From the NCBI GenBank assembly GCA_040384705.1, contig JAZKIU010000001.1, positions 25,907 through 89,906 of the forward strand: a stretch of DNA of 64,000 nt. The letters are read 5' to 3'. The stretch comes from Patescibacteria group bacterium. GTDB lineage: Bacteria; Patescibacteriota; Minisyncoccia; Phycocordibacterales; Phycocordibacteraceae. Each line of letters opens with the position of its first letter. The first letter of the stretch is position 1. Below the pieces are notes generated by a model. It was given only the letters and a program-made list of their open reading frames with translations. It did not search any database and was not told the DNA's origin. Of this stretch, positions 1-9,156 are shown one piece after another. A program made the translations under genes and the position numbers.

Positions 1-175
1 CGAGTATGTGGCCGTGGTGCGGGAGACCGGTCGCGAACGGCGGTCCGTCATAGAAGACGTACTCCCCTTTCGGCGAGGGCTTCTCGAGCGACTTTTCGAA
101 GATATGCTTCTCGTTCCAGAAGGCCAGGACCTCCTCTTCCCGCTTAGCGACTTCCGTTTTCTCCCGTTCAGCCAT
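1..175 (-). CDS. ileS: Isoleucyl-tRNA synthetase, N-terminal fragment; the gene continues beyond the window start
   Basis: Minus-strand translation from the ATG at about 175 gives MAEREKTEVAKREEEVLAFWNEKHIFEKSLEKPSPKGEYVFYDGPPFATGLPHHGHIL, the class I aaRS HIGH-motif region typical of IleRS. The track ORF 8..229(+) is its antisense artifact. Confidence 0.75.
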   Translation of the reverse strand, partial: MAEREKTEVAKREEEVLAFWNEKHIFEKSLEKPSPKGEYVFYDGPPFATGLPHHGHIL

Positions 176-200
176 GATTTTCCTATCGTATCGTCTTGCT

Positions 201-240
201 TCATAAAAAGGAAACGACCGGCGCCATAGGACGCCGGTCG
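201..240 (-). terminator. Rho-independent terminator downstream of the 262..486 gene
   Basis: GC-rich stem CGACCGGCGCC/GGCGCCGGTCG with loop ATAG, followed on the minus strand by TTTCCTTTTTAT. Confidence 0.55.
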
Positions 241-261
241 AAACAAAGCCTGAAGCGTGGC

Positions 262-486
262 TTACGCGTGAACGAGGGGGCGACTGTCCAAGAAGCTCTT
301 CACCCAGTCGACGACGCGCCGCTTGCGGCGGTACTTGCTGACCGCCTCCAGAACGGCCCCGCGAGTGATGCGACGCCCGAACGCGTCATTAACCCACTCA
401 GCGGCGAGCTCGAACAGTCTTTTGAGAGAGACCCCGAGTTCCCGACGTCTCTGCTCAACCGGGTCGATGTTCTTACGCTTCGACAA
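262..486 (-). CDS. Small basic hypothetical protein (74 aa)
   Basis: ORF with its own downstream terminator, lying between argS and ileS. Lys/Arg-rich with no recognisable family. Confidence 0.4.
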   Translation of the reverse strand: MSKRKNIDPVEQRRRELGVSLKRLFELAAEWVNDAFGRRITRGAVLEAVSKYRRKRRVVDWVKSFLDSRPLVHA

Positions 487-573
487 TGCAGCTCTCCCTA
501 AATATCAATGGCCCCCGAATTAGAGCCAATCGCAACCTTATCGTGCCTTGCCTATAGGCGCAAGAGAAGTTAT

Positions 574-2217
574 CTACATCCGCTCCGGCACCGGGATGCC
601 GAGCAGCCCGAGACCGTTCCTCATAGTGGCGACGAACGCCTTCGCGAGCCGTAACTTGTACGCCTCATGCTCCCCATCGATGATGCGTTCCTTCGCATAG
701 AAGGAGTTCCATTCGCTCGCGAGCTGCGTGAGGTACTGCGCGACATGATGCGGCGCTCTCTCGCGCTCGGCCCTTGCCGCAACTTCGGGGAACCGGGTGA
801 TGAGCCGTTCGATATCGAATGGTTTCTCCGGCGCATCACTAACCTCCTTGTCTCCAGCAGTGGCAATGATGGATGCAGCACGCACGAGCGCGTACTGAAG
901 ATAAGGACCTGAGTCACCTTCGAGAGAAAGAGACTGGTCGAAGTCGAAGATTATGTCCGAGCCCGCAGACTGCTTGAGTATCGAATACTTGATAGCAGCG
1001 AGCGCCACCTGCTCCGCGATGAGCGGATCCTCATTACGCTCGCTCGTCTTCGCGACGACGTCATTGATGAGCGACGCGGCGGTGATGATGGTTCCCTCGC
1101 GCGATGACATCTTTCCTGAGGCGAGACGCAGGAACCCGTGTGGGACATGTGCGGTCTTAGCTGCAAGCGCTGGCGCCACCTCCTCGAGCGCTGCGAACAT
1201 GACCTTGAAGTGCCCTATCTGCTCCGCCGCGGTGATGATTATCGAAATATCGGACGGCCATCGCTCCTCCTTAAGGAACGCGAGCCCGATGTCCTTCGCT
1301 TCATAGGTCGGTGTGCCGTACGACGTGATGAATACGAGTGTGTGCAATCCCTTCTTCTCGCCTTTGTATATGACTGCCCCTTCGCTCTCCTCGAATACGG
1401 CCGGGGTATGCTCCCGTACGATATCGAGCCCGGGCTTTGAGGTTTCGCTTTCGAAGAAGTAGTAGTCGAACGTGGTACCGAGCGTACGGTACAGCTCTTC
1501 GAATGCTGCGAGCGAGACATCCCGTCCTTTCCGCCACAGCTCCATGAGCTCGTGGTCAGTGCCTTCGTATATGGCGCGGTTGATGGCGTCCACCTCCCCT
1601 TTCACTTCCGGTGACTCGTCATAAGCACGAGACCCTTGAGCGTACGCATGGCCGAGCTCTTCCGCAGTCGCGGGCTCGGTGATGCCCTTCTTCTGGAGGC
1701 CCCATATCGCTTTGGCTACATGCGGCCCGACATCGCCCTCATAGTTTGCTCGCATCGTTGTCGCTCCGGAGAACTCCACGAGACGTGCGATAGACTCCCC
1801 GATGACATTGCTCATCAGGTGACCGATATGCATCTCCTTGAAGGGATTCGGATCGGTGTACTCGACCATGACGCGCTTCCCTGCGTTCGCGTCTCCCATT
1901 CCCCACACGCCTGGCTCGTTCGCTGCAATTCCAACCACAGCTGCAATCGACTCAGGCGCGAGCGTAATGTTCACGAACCCCGGTCCTGCCGCTTCCACTG
2001 AACTCGCAATGTCACCGAGCGCGTCCCGGATAAGCGGCACGAGCGCGTCCGCTATCTCGCGAGGCGCCTTCCCGAGCGGCTTGGCGGCTGCGAGTGCAGC
2101 GTTCGTCGCGAAGTCGCCATGCGCGAGGTCTCCCGGCCATTCGACCGCAAACGCAATGCCTTCAGCGCCGAGCGTCGCTAGAGCGTCCTTCACCGCCTGC
2201 CGTATCCGGTCTTCCAT
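574..2217 (-). CDS. argS: Arginyl-tRNA synthetase
   Basis: 547 aa with HIGH motif (PFKEMHIGHLMSNVIG), a KMSSREG-like motif and an ArgRS-type C-terminal anticodon-binding region. Confidence 0.9.
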   Translation of the reverse strand: MEDRIRQAVKDALATLGAEGIAFAVEWPGDLAHGDFATNAALAAAKPLGKAPREIADALVPLIRDALGDIASSVEAAGPGFVNITLAPESIAAVVGIAANEPGVWGMGDANAGKRVMVEYTDPNPFKEMHIGHLMSNVIGESIARLVEFSGATTMRANYEGDVGPHVAKAIWGLQKKGITEPATAEELGHAYAQGSRAYDESPEVKGEVDAINRAIYEGTDHELMELWRKGRDVSLAAFEELYRTLGTTFDYYFFESETSKPGLDIVREHTPAVFEESEGAVIYKGEKKGLHTLVFITSYGTPTYEAKDIGLAFLKEERWPSDISIIITAAEQIGHFKVMFAALEEVAPALAAKTAHVPHGFLRLASGKMSSREGTIITAASLINDVVAKTSERNEDPLIAEQVALAAIKYSILKQSAGSDIIFDFDQSLSLEGDSGPYLQYALVRAASIIATAGDKEVSDAPEKPFDIERLITRFPEVAARAERERAPHHVAQYLTQLASEWNSFYAKERIIDGEHEAYKLRLAKAFVATMRNGLGLLGIPVPERM

Positions 2218-2279
2218 ATGGCCACTCTAGCAAAGAAAGCGCCCGCTTCGTAGCGGGCGCTTTCCGGAAGGACTGCTCT

Positions 2280-3014
2280 TTATTCACCGTTCTTCTTGAA
2301 CCACCTCCATATCGGCATGTCTTTCATCCAGTTCTTCCAGTCCTTCTTCCCTTCCTCTACGTGCACTCCGGCGTTCAGCGTTATCTTCGTTGCAGCCACT
2401 ACGTCCGTGCTGGCATTGTATCCGCCTGACACGACGAGCTTATCGCCAACATCGATGTCCGCGAATGCGCCACCGACGTACGATGTGTTACCACTCGTAT
2501 CAACAGTGACCGAACCGTGCTGCTTGGAGTTGAGCGTGAACGAGTCATCGTCCTCGTCTACCGCGGTGACCGTTCCGGTAACTACGGAACTAGCCTGATC
2601 CTGCGACCAGTTCCTCACGACGTCAGCATCTACAGTGAATGCGCCGAGATCATCGTCTATCGCGCCACTGAAACTGACCGTGTCACCGGTCTCAATAGAG
2701 GCGAACGTTGTTCTTGCTCCATTCTTCTCAACGAAGCTGGTGTCGCTATCGGTGCGGACAGTCCACGTGAGGGCTGCATCGCCCCACTGGGTCTTCGCGG
2801 TGAGCGTGCTTCCGCTGACAGCGGTGACTTCCGCGCCGCGCACGAGTGCCATACCGTTCGCGCCGATGCTGACGCTGAGCGTAGAGCCTACGGGTGCTAT
2901 GCGGGTCTCGGCACTCGCGTTACCGGCGAATGCGAACATGAGCGAACCGACAATCGCGAGCCCAACGAGGAGCGCGACTCCCGATTCTACGAATGCTTGA
3001 GTGAGTTTCGTCAT
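2280..3014 (-). CDS. Hypothetical secreted or membrane-anchored protein
   Basis: N-terminal hydrophobic segment, Thr/Ser/Val-rich beta-like repeats, and a basic Trp-rich C-terminal tail. Confidence 0.55.
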   Translation of the reverse strand: MTKLTQAFVESGVALLVGLAIVGSLMFAFAGNASAETRIAPVGSTLSVSIGANGMALVRGAEVTAVSGSTLTAKTQWGDAALTWTVRTDSDTSFVEKNGARTTFASIETGDTVSFSGAIDDDLGAFTVDADVVRNWSQDQASSVVTGTVTAVDEDDDSFTLNSKQHGSVTVDTSGNTSYVGGAFADIDVGDKLVVSGGYNASTDVVAATKITLNAGVHVEEGKKDWKNWMKDMPIWRWFKKNGE

Positions 3015-3112
3015 ATATAAGATGGTGCTTTCATTACTGGTAAGCGACCTACGGTATATGACGAACGAGCACGGATGCTGTTACTCATCCGTGCTTCATG
3101 TTCAAGCTACGT

Positions 3113-4414
3113 TTATACGAATGATTCGGGAATGGGGTGCGCTTGCGCGAGCGCAGTCACCTTCACGCGAGCGGAGGCGACGGTCGCGTCATCGCGGTTC
3201 TTTAGTACCTCGAGCATGAGGCGCGCGACCTCGCGGGAGTCCTCCTCGAGGAACCCGCGCGTAGTCATGGCAGGCGTACCGAAGCGGATGCCGGACGGAT
3301 CGAACGGCTTCCGGGTGTCCCCCGCTATCGAATTCTTATTCAGCGTCATCCCCGCCTTATCAAGCAGCGTCTCCGCTTCAGCTCCTCCCACTTCAAACGA
3401 AGTGAACACGTCCGCGAGGATGAGATGGTTGTCGGTGCCGCCCGCGATGAGGCGTACGCCGCCCTCAGTGAACACTTCCGCCATCGCTTTCGCGTTCTTC
3501 ACTACCTGGTGCGCGTATGTGGAGAAAGAGGGCTGCGCAGCCTCATGCAGCATCACCGCTTTCGCCGCTATCTGGTGCATGTGGGGTCCGCCCTGGAACC
3601 CGGGGAACACGCTGCGGTCGACGAGTGTCGGAAGGTTCTCAATGGTCTTCTCCGGAGCCTTCAGTGGGGTGGAGACTGTTCCCTTCGTGAGGATCATGCC
3701 GCCACGTGGGCCGCGCAACGTCTTGTGGGTGGTAGTGGTCACGATATGGAATCCGTAGTCGAACGGATTCTTAGCTGCGCCTCCTGCGATGAGCCCCGCG
3801 ATATGCGCGACGTCCGCCATCGCGACCGCTCCCACTTCTTGCGCGATATCGGATATCTTCTGCCAGTCGAGCTCGCGAGGGTACCCGGAGAATCCTGCGA
3901 GCACTATCTTAGGACGCTCCTTCTTCGCGACCTCGAGCATGAGGTCGTAATCTATCTCGCCGGTGTCAGCGTCCTTCATGCCGTAGCGGACGAAGTTGAA
4001 GAGACGCGCCATATAGGTCACGGGCGAGCCGTGGGTGAGGTGGCCGCCGTGCGCGAGGTCCATGCCGAGGATTGTGTCGCCCGGCTCAAGCCATGCGAAA
4101 TATGCAGCGATGTTAGCGGCGGCACCCCCGAGCGGCTGCACGTTCGCATGATCTGCGCCGAAGAGCTTCTTCGCGCGCTCTATCGCGATAGTCTCTATCT
4201 CATCCGTGAATTCCTGGCCGCCGTAGTAGCGCTTGCCGGGATATCCTTCGGAATACTTGTTCGTGAGCCCGGAAGACATCGCTTCGCGCACGGCTTTCGA
4301 TACATAGTTCTCGGACGGGATGAGCTCAAGCCCGTTCGCCTGGCGCAGCTCTTCCCCCGCTATCGCGTCGTATATCTCTTTGTCTTCGTTCTTGAGGTGA
4401 TCGTACTGGTCCAT
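3113..4414 (-). CDS. glyA: Serine hydroxymethyltransferase
   Basis: 433 aa with the PLP-site motif TTTTHKTLRGPRGG and an N-terminal tetrahydrofolate-binding region. Confidence 0.95.
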   Translation of the reverse strand: MDQYDHLKNEDKEIYDAIAGEELRQANGLELIPSENYVSKAVREAMSSGLTNKYSEGYPGKRYYGGQEFTDEIETIAIERAKKLFGADHANVQPLGGAAANIAAYFAWLEPGDTILGMDLAHGGHLTHGSPVTYMARLFNFVRYGMKDADTGEIDYDLMLEVAKKERPKIVLAGFSGYPRELDWQKISDIAQEVGAVAMADVAHIAGLIAGGAAKNPFDYGFHIVTTTTHKTLRGPRGGMILTKGTVSTPLKAPEKTIENLPTLVDRSVFPGFQGGPHMHQIAAKAVMLHEAAQPSFSTYAHQVVKNAKAMAEVFTEGGVRLIAGGTDNHLILADVFTSFEVGGAEAETLLDKAGMTLNKNSIAGDTRKPFDPSGIRFGTPAMTTRGFLEEDSREVARLMLEVLKNRDDATVASARVKVTALAQAHPIPESFV

Positions 4415-4488
4415 GGCGTTGTTCGCTTACGTAAATAAAGGATGCCGTGGAGCCTCAGATCATATGCCGTTTAGCTAATAGTACCTTA

Positions 4489-5472
4489 TTACCCTTCCGA
4501 GCTTTCAGGTGCTGTTCCGTGGAGATCTTTGTTGTATCCTCCTGCCACGGTGAGCTCGGCCTTGATTGAAGGGTGCGGATCGTAGCCGTCTAGTTTGATA
4601 TACGAGGGCGAGAACGAGTCCAGCGAATCGAAAGGCTCGGTGAATGAGACGGTTGGGAATGGGCGCGGTTCGCGAGCGAGCTGCTCCCGTGCCTGCTCTT
4701 TGTGGTTCTCGTATATATGCACGTCACCGAACGTATGCACGAACTCTCCTGGTTCGCGGCCAAGTATCTTCGCGATGACGCAAGTGAGAAGCGCATAGCT
4801 GCCGATATTGAACGGCACCCCCAGGAAGATGTCGGCACTCCGTTGGTAGAGCTGAAGGCAAACCTTTCCGTGCTTTATATTTATTTGATACAGGTTGTGG
4901 CAGATGGGGAAACGCGCACCCTCTCCCGGCTTCGCCATGGCATACATGTACTCAGGATTCCATGAGCTTACGAGCGTGTTGTGCGCATCGGGGTCTTTGC
5001 GAAGCTCCTCTATCGCCCAACCAAGCTGATCCACCGTGCGACCATCCTTAGCCTCCCAACGTCTCCAGTGCTCTCCATAGATATGAGGGAGCTCACCGTG
5101 TTCTTTTGCGAAGTCGGCGTCTGCGGCAATTCTCTCGATAAAGGCTTCCTTCGTGAGGGCAGGCACGCTTCCCTTCTCCGCTAGCTCGCTATAGATCTTG
5201 TGCGGGTAGTCGTCCCAAATATGCACATTCCTGTCGACGAGATACTTGATGTTCGACTGCCCCGATAGGAACCAATACAACTCCTCCTTCACACCATTCC
5301 AATAGACTTTCTTGGTCGTAAGCAGCGGGAACCCTTCGGCGATATCAAACCGTATCTGCCGCCCGAAAAGACTGTAGGTCTTTACGCCCGTACCCTTATC
5401 GACCTGTTCCTCCCCCTTATCGAGGAGTTCCTGCATCAGGTCGAGGTACTGGTGTTCGGGGTGTCGTGGCAT
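4489..5472 (-). CDS. thyA: Thymidylate synthase (ThyA type)
   Basis: 327 aa with the active-site region FPICHNLYQ...RSADIFLGVPFNIGSYALLT. Confidence 0.9.
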   Translation of the reverse strand: MPRHPEHQYLDLMQELLDKGEEQVDKGTGVKTYSLFGRQIRFDIAEGFPLLTTKKVYWNGVKEELYWFLSGQSNIKYLVDRNVHIWDDYPHKIYSELAEKGSVPALTKEAFIERIAADADFAKEHGELPHIYGEHWRRWEAKDGRTVDQLGWAIEELRKDPDAHNTLVSSWNPEYMYAMAKPGEGARFPICHNLYQINIKHGKVCLQLYQRSADIFLGVPFNIGSYALLTCVIAKILGREPGEFVHTFGDVHIYENHKEQAREQLAREPRPFPTVSFTEPFDSLDSFSPSYIKLDGYDPHPSIKAELTVAGGYNKDLHGTAPESSEG

Positions 5473-5475
5473 AGG

Positions 5476-6048
5476 TTACTTCTTCTTTACTGCCGCGGCC
5501 TTCCTGCGAGACGTGGGCGGCGCAAAGTTCTTCCAGTTATCCGCGGCGAACCGTCCCATCTTCTTATAGCTACTCGCCGTCGGGCTCGTGAGCTTCGAGA
5601 ACGTAAGCTGCGCGATATCCATGCCCGGACGGATGATGATAGGTACGTTGTTCTGGTTCGAGAGTTCGAGAGTGACACAGAGGAAATGGCCAGGATTGAT
5701 GATGCCTGCGGTGTTGTGAATCATGAGACCGACGCGAGCAAGCGATGACTTGCCTCCAACCTGGATAAGGAACTCATCAGAACCGAAATATTCCTTCGAA
5801 GTCCCGAGCACGAGCATGCCCGGGTGCAGGACGAACTCGCCACCGTCCGCAATGACTATCTCGCGCGTCTTTGGATATATCTTCTTGGCTGGATCAACGA
5901 TATGCGTCGCGCTTTCCTCGTTCACGATGAACTTGTTGCCGAGCCGGATGTCGTAGCTTGCGGGCTGTAGGCGTGTGGTGGTGAATGGTTCCAGCACGAT
6001 AGCGCCGGTCTTTATAGCTTTCTTGATGTCGACGTCGGAGAGGAACAT
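5476..6048 (-). CDS. dcd: dCTP deaminase / dUTPase superfamily protein
   Basis: 190 aa Dcd-like; stop lies 3 nt upstream of the thyA start. Confidence 0.8.
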   Translation of the reverse strand: MFLSDVDIKKAIKTGAIVLEPFTTTRLQPASYDIRLGNKFIVNEESATHIVDPAKKIYPKTREIVIADGGEFVLHPGMLVLGTSKEYFGSDEFLIQVGGKSSLARVGLMIHNTAGIINPGHFLCVTLELSNQNNVPIIIRPGMDIAQLTFSKLTSPTASSYKKMGRFAADNWKNFAPPTSRRKAAAVKKK

Positions 6049-6052
6049 ATGA

Positions 6053-6736
6053 TTATTCTACGTTAAATACCTTGTCCGTCCCGTAATAATCCTGCCAATG
6101 GGCATTATAGTGCGCGAACATGCGCTCGAGCCTGTCCTGCGACAGCTCTTCGATTCCCGCCCGCCCCATGAGCGACAGAAGGTCATCGCGCACCCGTTCG
6201 GTATCCGCCGGGTCTTCGATGACCCTTTCGAACTCTGCGACATAACCGTATCCTGCATTCTTATCGAGACAGACAACTGTTTCTCCGACCTGGTACTCCT
6301 CGCGGCTGCGCGACCACTTCGCTTGGTACTGATATCCGGCCATGAGCACTCGAGCGTCGAGCTCTTCGAGCGAAAGGCCTGACACCTCCTCGTCCACTTC
6401 GATGCGAATGACGCCATTCGCACTTGAATCATCGCCGAGCGAGGCCTTCATTACTATTCGGGCTCCTCCATCTACTCCGCGCGTTCGAACGGAAACGTTC
6501 TCTCCCCTCTCCGCTATGCGCTCCATCTTTCCTTGGGCTTCTTCCGTGAGGAGAGGACCGACATCCCCAAGAAGCGCTCTTGGGTCGCCGCCTTCGAAGT
6601 AGTGGTTCAGCTGCGTGCTCGTGGCAATAAGTGCGCACGTCGAGTCGAGCTCCTTGAGGGAAGATCGGAGCTTGTCTGCGTTCTCTTCGGTCCCCAAGAG
6701 ACTTTTAATCTCTATCTCGTACTGCTCTTTTTTCAT
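6053..6736 (-). CDS. CYTH-domain (triphosphate tunnel metalloenzyme) protein
   Basis: N-terminal EIEIKSLL (ExExK motif), RIEVDEE, and C-terminal VCLDKNAGYGYVAEFE (v.lD..g.G.f.EiE) acidic motifs. First gene of the dcd-thyA-glyA operon. Confidence 0.55.
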   Translation of the reverse strand: MKKEQYEIEIKSLLGTEENADKLRSSLKELDSTCALIATSTQLNHYFEGGDPRALLGDVGPLLTEEAQGKMERIAERGENVSVRTRGVDGGARIVMKASLGDDSSANGVIRIEVDEEVSGLSLEELDARVLMAGYQYQAKWSRSREEYQVGETVVCLDKNAGYGYVAEFERVIEDPADTERVRDDLLSLMGRAGIEELSQDRLERMFAHYNAHWQDYYGTDKVFNVE

Positions 6737-6755
6737 TCCTGCTAGTATACGGCAG

Positions 6756-7229
6756 ATGAGCCAGAAGCCCGCAATGGATGAAAAAGATAGGCAAATGCTT
6801 GCTCTCCTGCTCTCGAAATCCCCGATAGCAATCGTATACCGACCCCTTCGTACCGAAGTTTCCCTCGCTGGTCTTGATTTACTCCCTGAGGGCTCAAGGA
6901 AATATGAAATAGCTCCTCATGCCGAGCTCGATCCAATACAAGAAGCATTGAAAGCCAAAGAGATAGCGGGTAGTGACGGTGCCGTGATACTCATTCCAGG
7001 ACGCGCCTTCGATACGCTTGGCACGCGTCATGGTCGAGGCGGAGGCTGGTATGACCGATTCCTCGCGCATGTCCCCATCGAGTGGGAGCGCATCGGGTTC
7101 TGCTTCGATGACCAATTCTCGGAAGACCCTCTTCCCCGTCAGCCGTGGGACGAGGTAATGGATTTCGTCGCGGTCGCCAATCGTAAGGGTGACGATCTCA
7201 TACTTCACACCACCCACGCACGAAGCTGA
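6756..7229 (+). CDS. 5-formyltetrahydrofolate cyclo-ligase
   Basis: Motif PGRAFDTLGTRHGRGGGWYDRFL; true start taken at the ATG at 6756 (MSQKPAMDEK) because the track ORF 6615.. overlaps the upstream gene. Confidence 0.7.
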   Translation: MSQKPAMDEKDRQMLALLLSKSPIAIVYRPLRTEVSLAGLDLLPEGSRKYEIAPHAELDPIQEALKAKEIAGSDGAVILIPGRAFDTLGTRHGRGGGWYDRFLAHVPIEWERIGFCFDDQFSEDPLPRQPWDEVMDFVAVANRKGDDLILHTTHARS

Positions 7230-7241
7230 TATGCTGTTCCC

Positions 7242-7733
7242 ATGAATCAGATCAGCCTCATCGCAGCGCTCGGCAAGGACCGGGTCATCGGGAAGGATAA
7301 CGGCCTCCTCTGGCATCTGCCCGACGACCTCAAACGCTTCAAGGAGCGCACCATGGGTCACCCGGTCATCATGGGCCGAAAGACCTGGGACTCTATTCCC
7401 TTCAAGTTCCGCCCTCTTCCTGGCCGCACCAATATCATCATTACGACCATCGAAGGATATCCAGCAGAGAACGCGGTGGTAGCACATTCCTTTCCTGAGG
7501 CGCTTTCGTATGCAAAAGAAGCACCTGGAGCTGAGGAGATACTTGTTATTGGTGGTGGTGAAATATATCGCGCAGCACTTCCCTTCGCCTCTCGCCTCTA
7601 CCTAACACTCGTCGATGACGACACGGCTGGTACCGTCACCTTCCCTGACTATCCGGAGTTCGTGAATGAACTAGAGCGTGAAGACCATTCCGAGAATGGT
7701 ATTTCATACACTTGGGTCACGCTCGAACGATAG
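7242..7733 (+). CDS. folA: Dihydrofolate reductase
   Basis: 163 aa beginning ISLIAALGKDRVIGKDNGLLWHLPDDLKRFKERTMGHPVIMGRKTW, the DHFR signature. Confidence 0.9.
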   Translation: MNQISLIAALGKDRVIGKDNGLLWHLPDDLKRFKERTMGHPVIMGRKTWDSIPFKFRPLPGRTNIIITTIEGYPAENAVVAHSFPEALSYAKEAPGAEEILVIGGGEIYRAALPFASRLYLTLVDDDTAGTVTFPDYPEFVNELEREDHSENGISYTWVTLER

Positions 7734-7738
7734 ATTCC

Positions 7739-9094
7739 CTACGTCGGCCACGTCTCTTCGCTCATCGCGAGCACCTCACCAGCGAAATGCAGGCCGCCGC
7801 AGATCAGTATGTGAGGCGGCGGACTATCCGTCTCGAGTGCACGCGTAACCGCGTCCGTGACATCGGACGCTGTCTCGGACGAAAGCCCTACCTTAGTCGC
7901 GGCCTCGGCCAGGTTCTCTGCGCTCGCGGCATTCGGACTATCGAAAACAGTCGTGATCACCCGCGGATTCATTGCAGCAAAGGGACGGAAGAACCCTTCA
8001 GCATCCTTGCGCGCGAACATGCCAACGATCAAGACAAGGGGTCGAGGATCGTTCTCGACGATACGGCTCGCAGCCTCTGCGAGCGCCCGACCCGCATGCG
8101 GGTTGTGGCCGCCATCGAGCCACAGGTCAGCACCTCGAGTCTCGGCCAGCTCAGCTAGCGGACCAGCGGTTAGTCGCTGCATGCGGGCAGGCCAGATGGT
8201 CGAGGAGATACCTTTTCCCAATACTTCGTCCGAAAGAGTGGGGTCGAACTGCAGCGCCGCAGCAACCGCGAGTCCCGCGTTCTGGAATTGATACCCGCCG
8301 AAGAGGCTCGGTGCCGGTAAATCGATCAATCGATCGGGCATCTGAACAATCAACCGCCCCTTCTCTTCCCGAACATCGAAGTCGCGACCCATGAGCTGCA
8401 TAGGGGCTCCCAGGTCATTGGCTTCACGCTCGATGACCTCCAGTGCTTCGTCCTGCTGATGGGCGACCACTACCGGTCGATCCTGCTTGATGATTCCCGC
8501 CTTCTCCCACGCTATTTTCGACAGTTCGGGTCCGAGCATCTCGAGGTGGTCGTAATCCACGGGAGTGATGACGCTCACCGCAGGCGCGTCGAATATGTTG
8601 GTGGCATCGAAGCGGCCGCCAAGTCCCACTTCCACGATGCAGAGGTCAGCTGGTGTCTCGGAGAAAGCGAGGTACGCCAGGACCGTGGTTATCTCGAAGA
8701 AGCTTATCGGCTCGCCCGCATTCGCCTTCTCCACCCTATCGATGAGTTCGGCGAGCTGCTCATCGGTGATGAGCGTGCCAGCGATACGGATACGCTCGGC
8801 GAACCGTACTAAATGCGGCGAGGTAAGCACATGCACTTTGAGCCCCGCGGCTTCCGCGATTGCCCGTAGGTACGCGACTGTCGAGCCCTTTCCGTTCGTT
8901 CCCGCCACATGGATGACCGGCGGTAGTTTCAGGTCGGGCCGCCCGAGTGCAGCGAGCAACCGCTCCACCCGACCGGTAGTCAGGTCTATCAGGGATGGAT
9001 GATTGGCTCGTAAGCGCTGGATCACCTCGTCCGAAGAGCGGATCGGGTCATACCCGGAGTCCCCTGCCTGTGTTCCTTCAGGGGCTGTCTGCAT
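7739..9094 (-). CDS. folC: Folylpolyglutamate synthase / dihydrofolate synthase (Mur ligase family)
   Basis: P-loop HVAGTNGKGST plus Mur-ligase middle and C-terminal domains, in folate-gene context. Confidence 0.85.
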   Translation of the reverse strand: MQTAPEGTQAGDSGYDPIRSSDEVIQRLRANHPSLIDLTTGRVERLLAALGRPDLKLPPVIHVAGTNGKGSTVAYLRAIAEAAGLKVHVLTSPHLVRFAERIRIAGTLITDEQLAELIDRVEKANAGEPISFFEITTVLAYLAFSETPADLCIVEVGLGGRFDATNIFDAPAVSVITPVDYDHLEMLGPELSKIAWEKAGIIKQDRPVVVAHQQDEALEVIEREANDLGAPMQLMGRDFDVREEKGRLIVQMPDRLIDLPAPSLFGGYQFQNAGLAVAAALQFDPTLSDEVLGKGISSTIWPARMQRLTAGPLAELAETRGADLWLDGGHNPHAGRALAEAASRIVENDPRPLVLIVGMFARKDAEGFFRPFAAMNPRVITTVFDSPNAASAENLAEAATKVGLSSETASDVTDAVTRALETDSPPPHILICGGLHFAGEVLAMSEETWPT

Positions 9095-9110
9095 TCCCGC
9101 ACTGTAAACG

Positions 9111-9147
9111 AAAGAACCCCCGGCGCAAGGCCGGGGGTTCTTTCTTC
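9111..9147. terminator. Hairpin terminator between rplK and folC
   Basis: GAACCCCCGGC-GCAA-GCCGGGGGTTC stem with T-rich flanks on both strands. Confidence 0.5.
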
Positions 9148-9156
9148 AAAGCGGTA

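Noticed and set aside
3425-4438. Long plus-strand ORF (337 aa) in the glyA region
   Set aside because: It is antisense to the clearly identified serine hydroxymethyltransferase gene, with no motifs. This is the typical spurious long ORF of GC-rich DNA. Other antisense or overlapping ORFs were rejected for the same reason: 2517..3020, 23413..24399, 30187..30978, 50938..51642, 52470..53201, 56384..57133, 57541..58254, 19975..20649, 13440..14066, 28150..28929.
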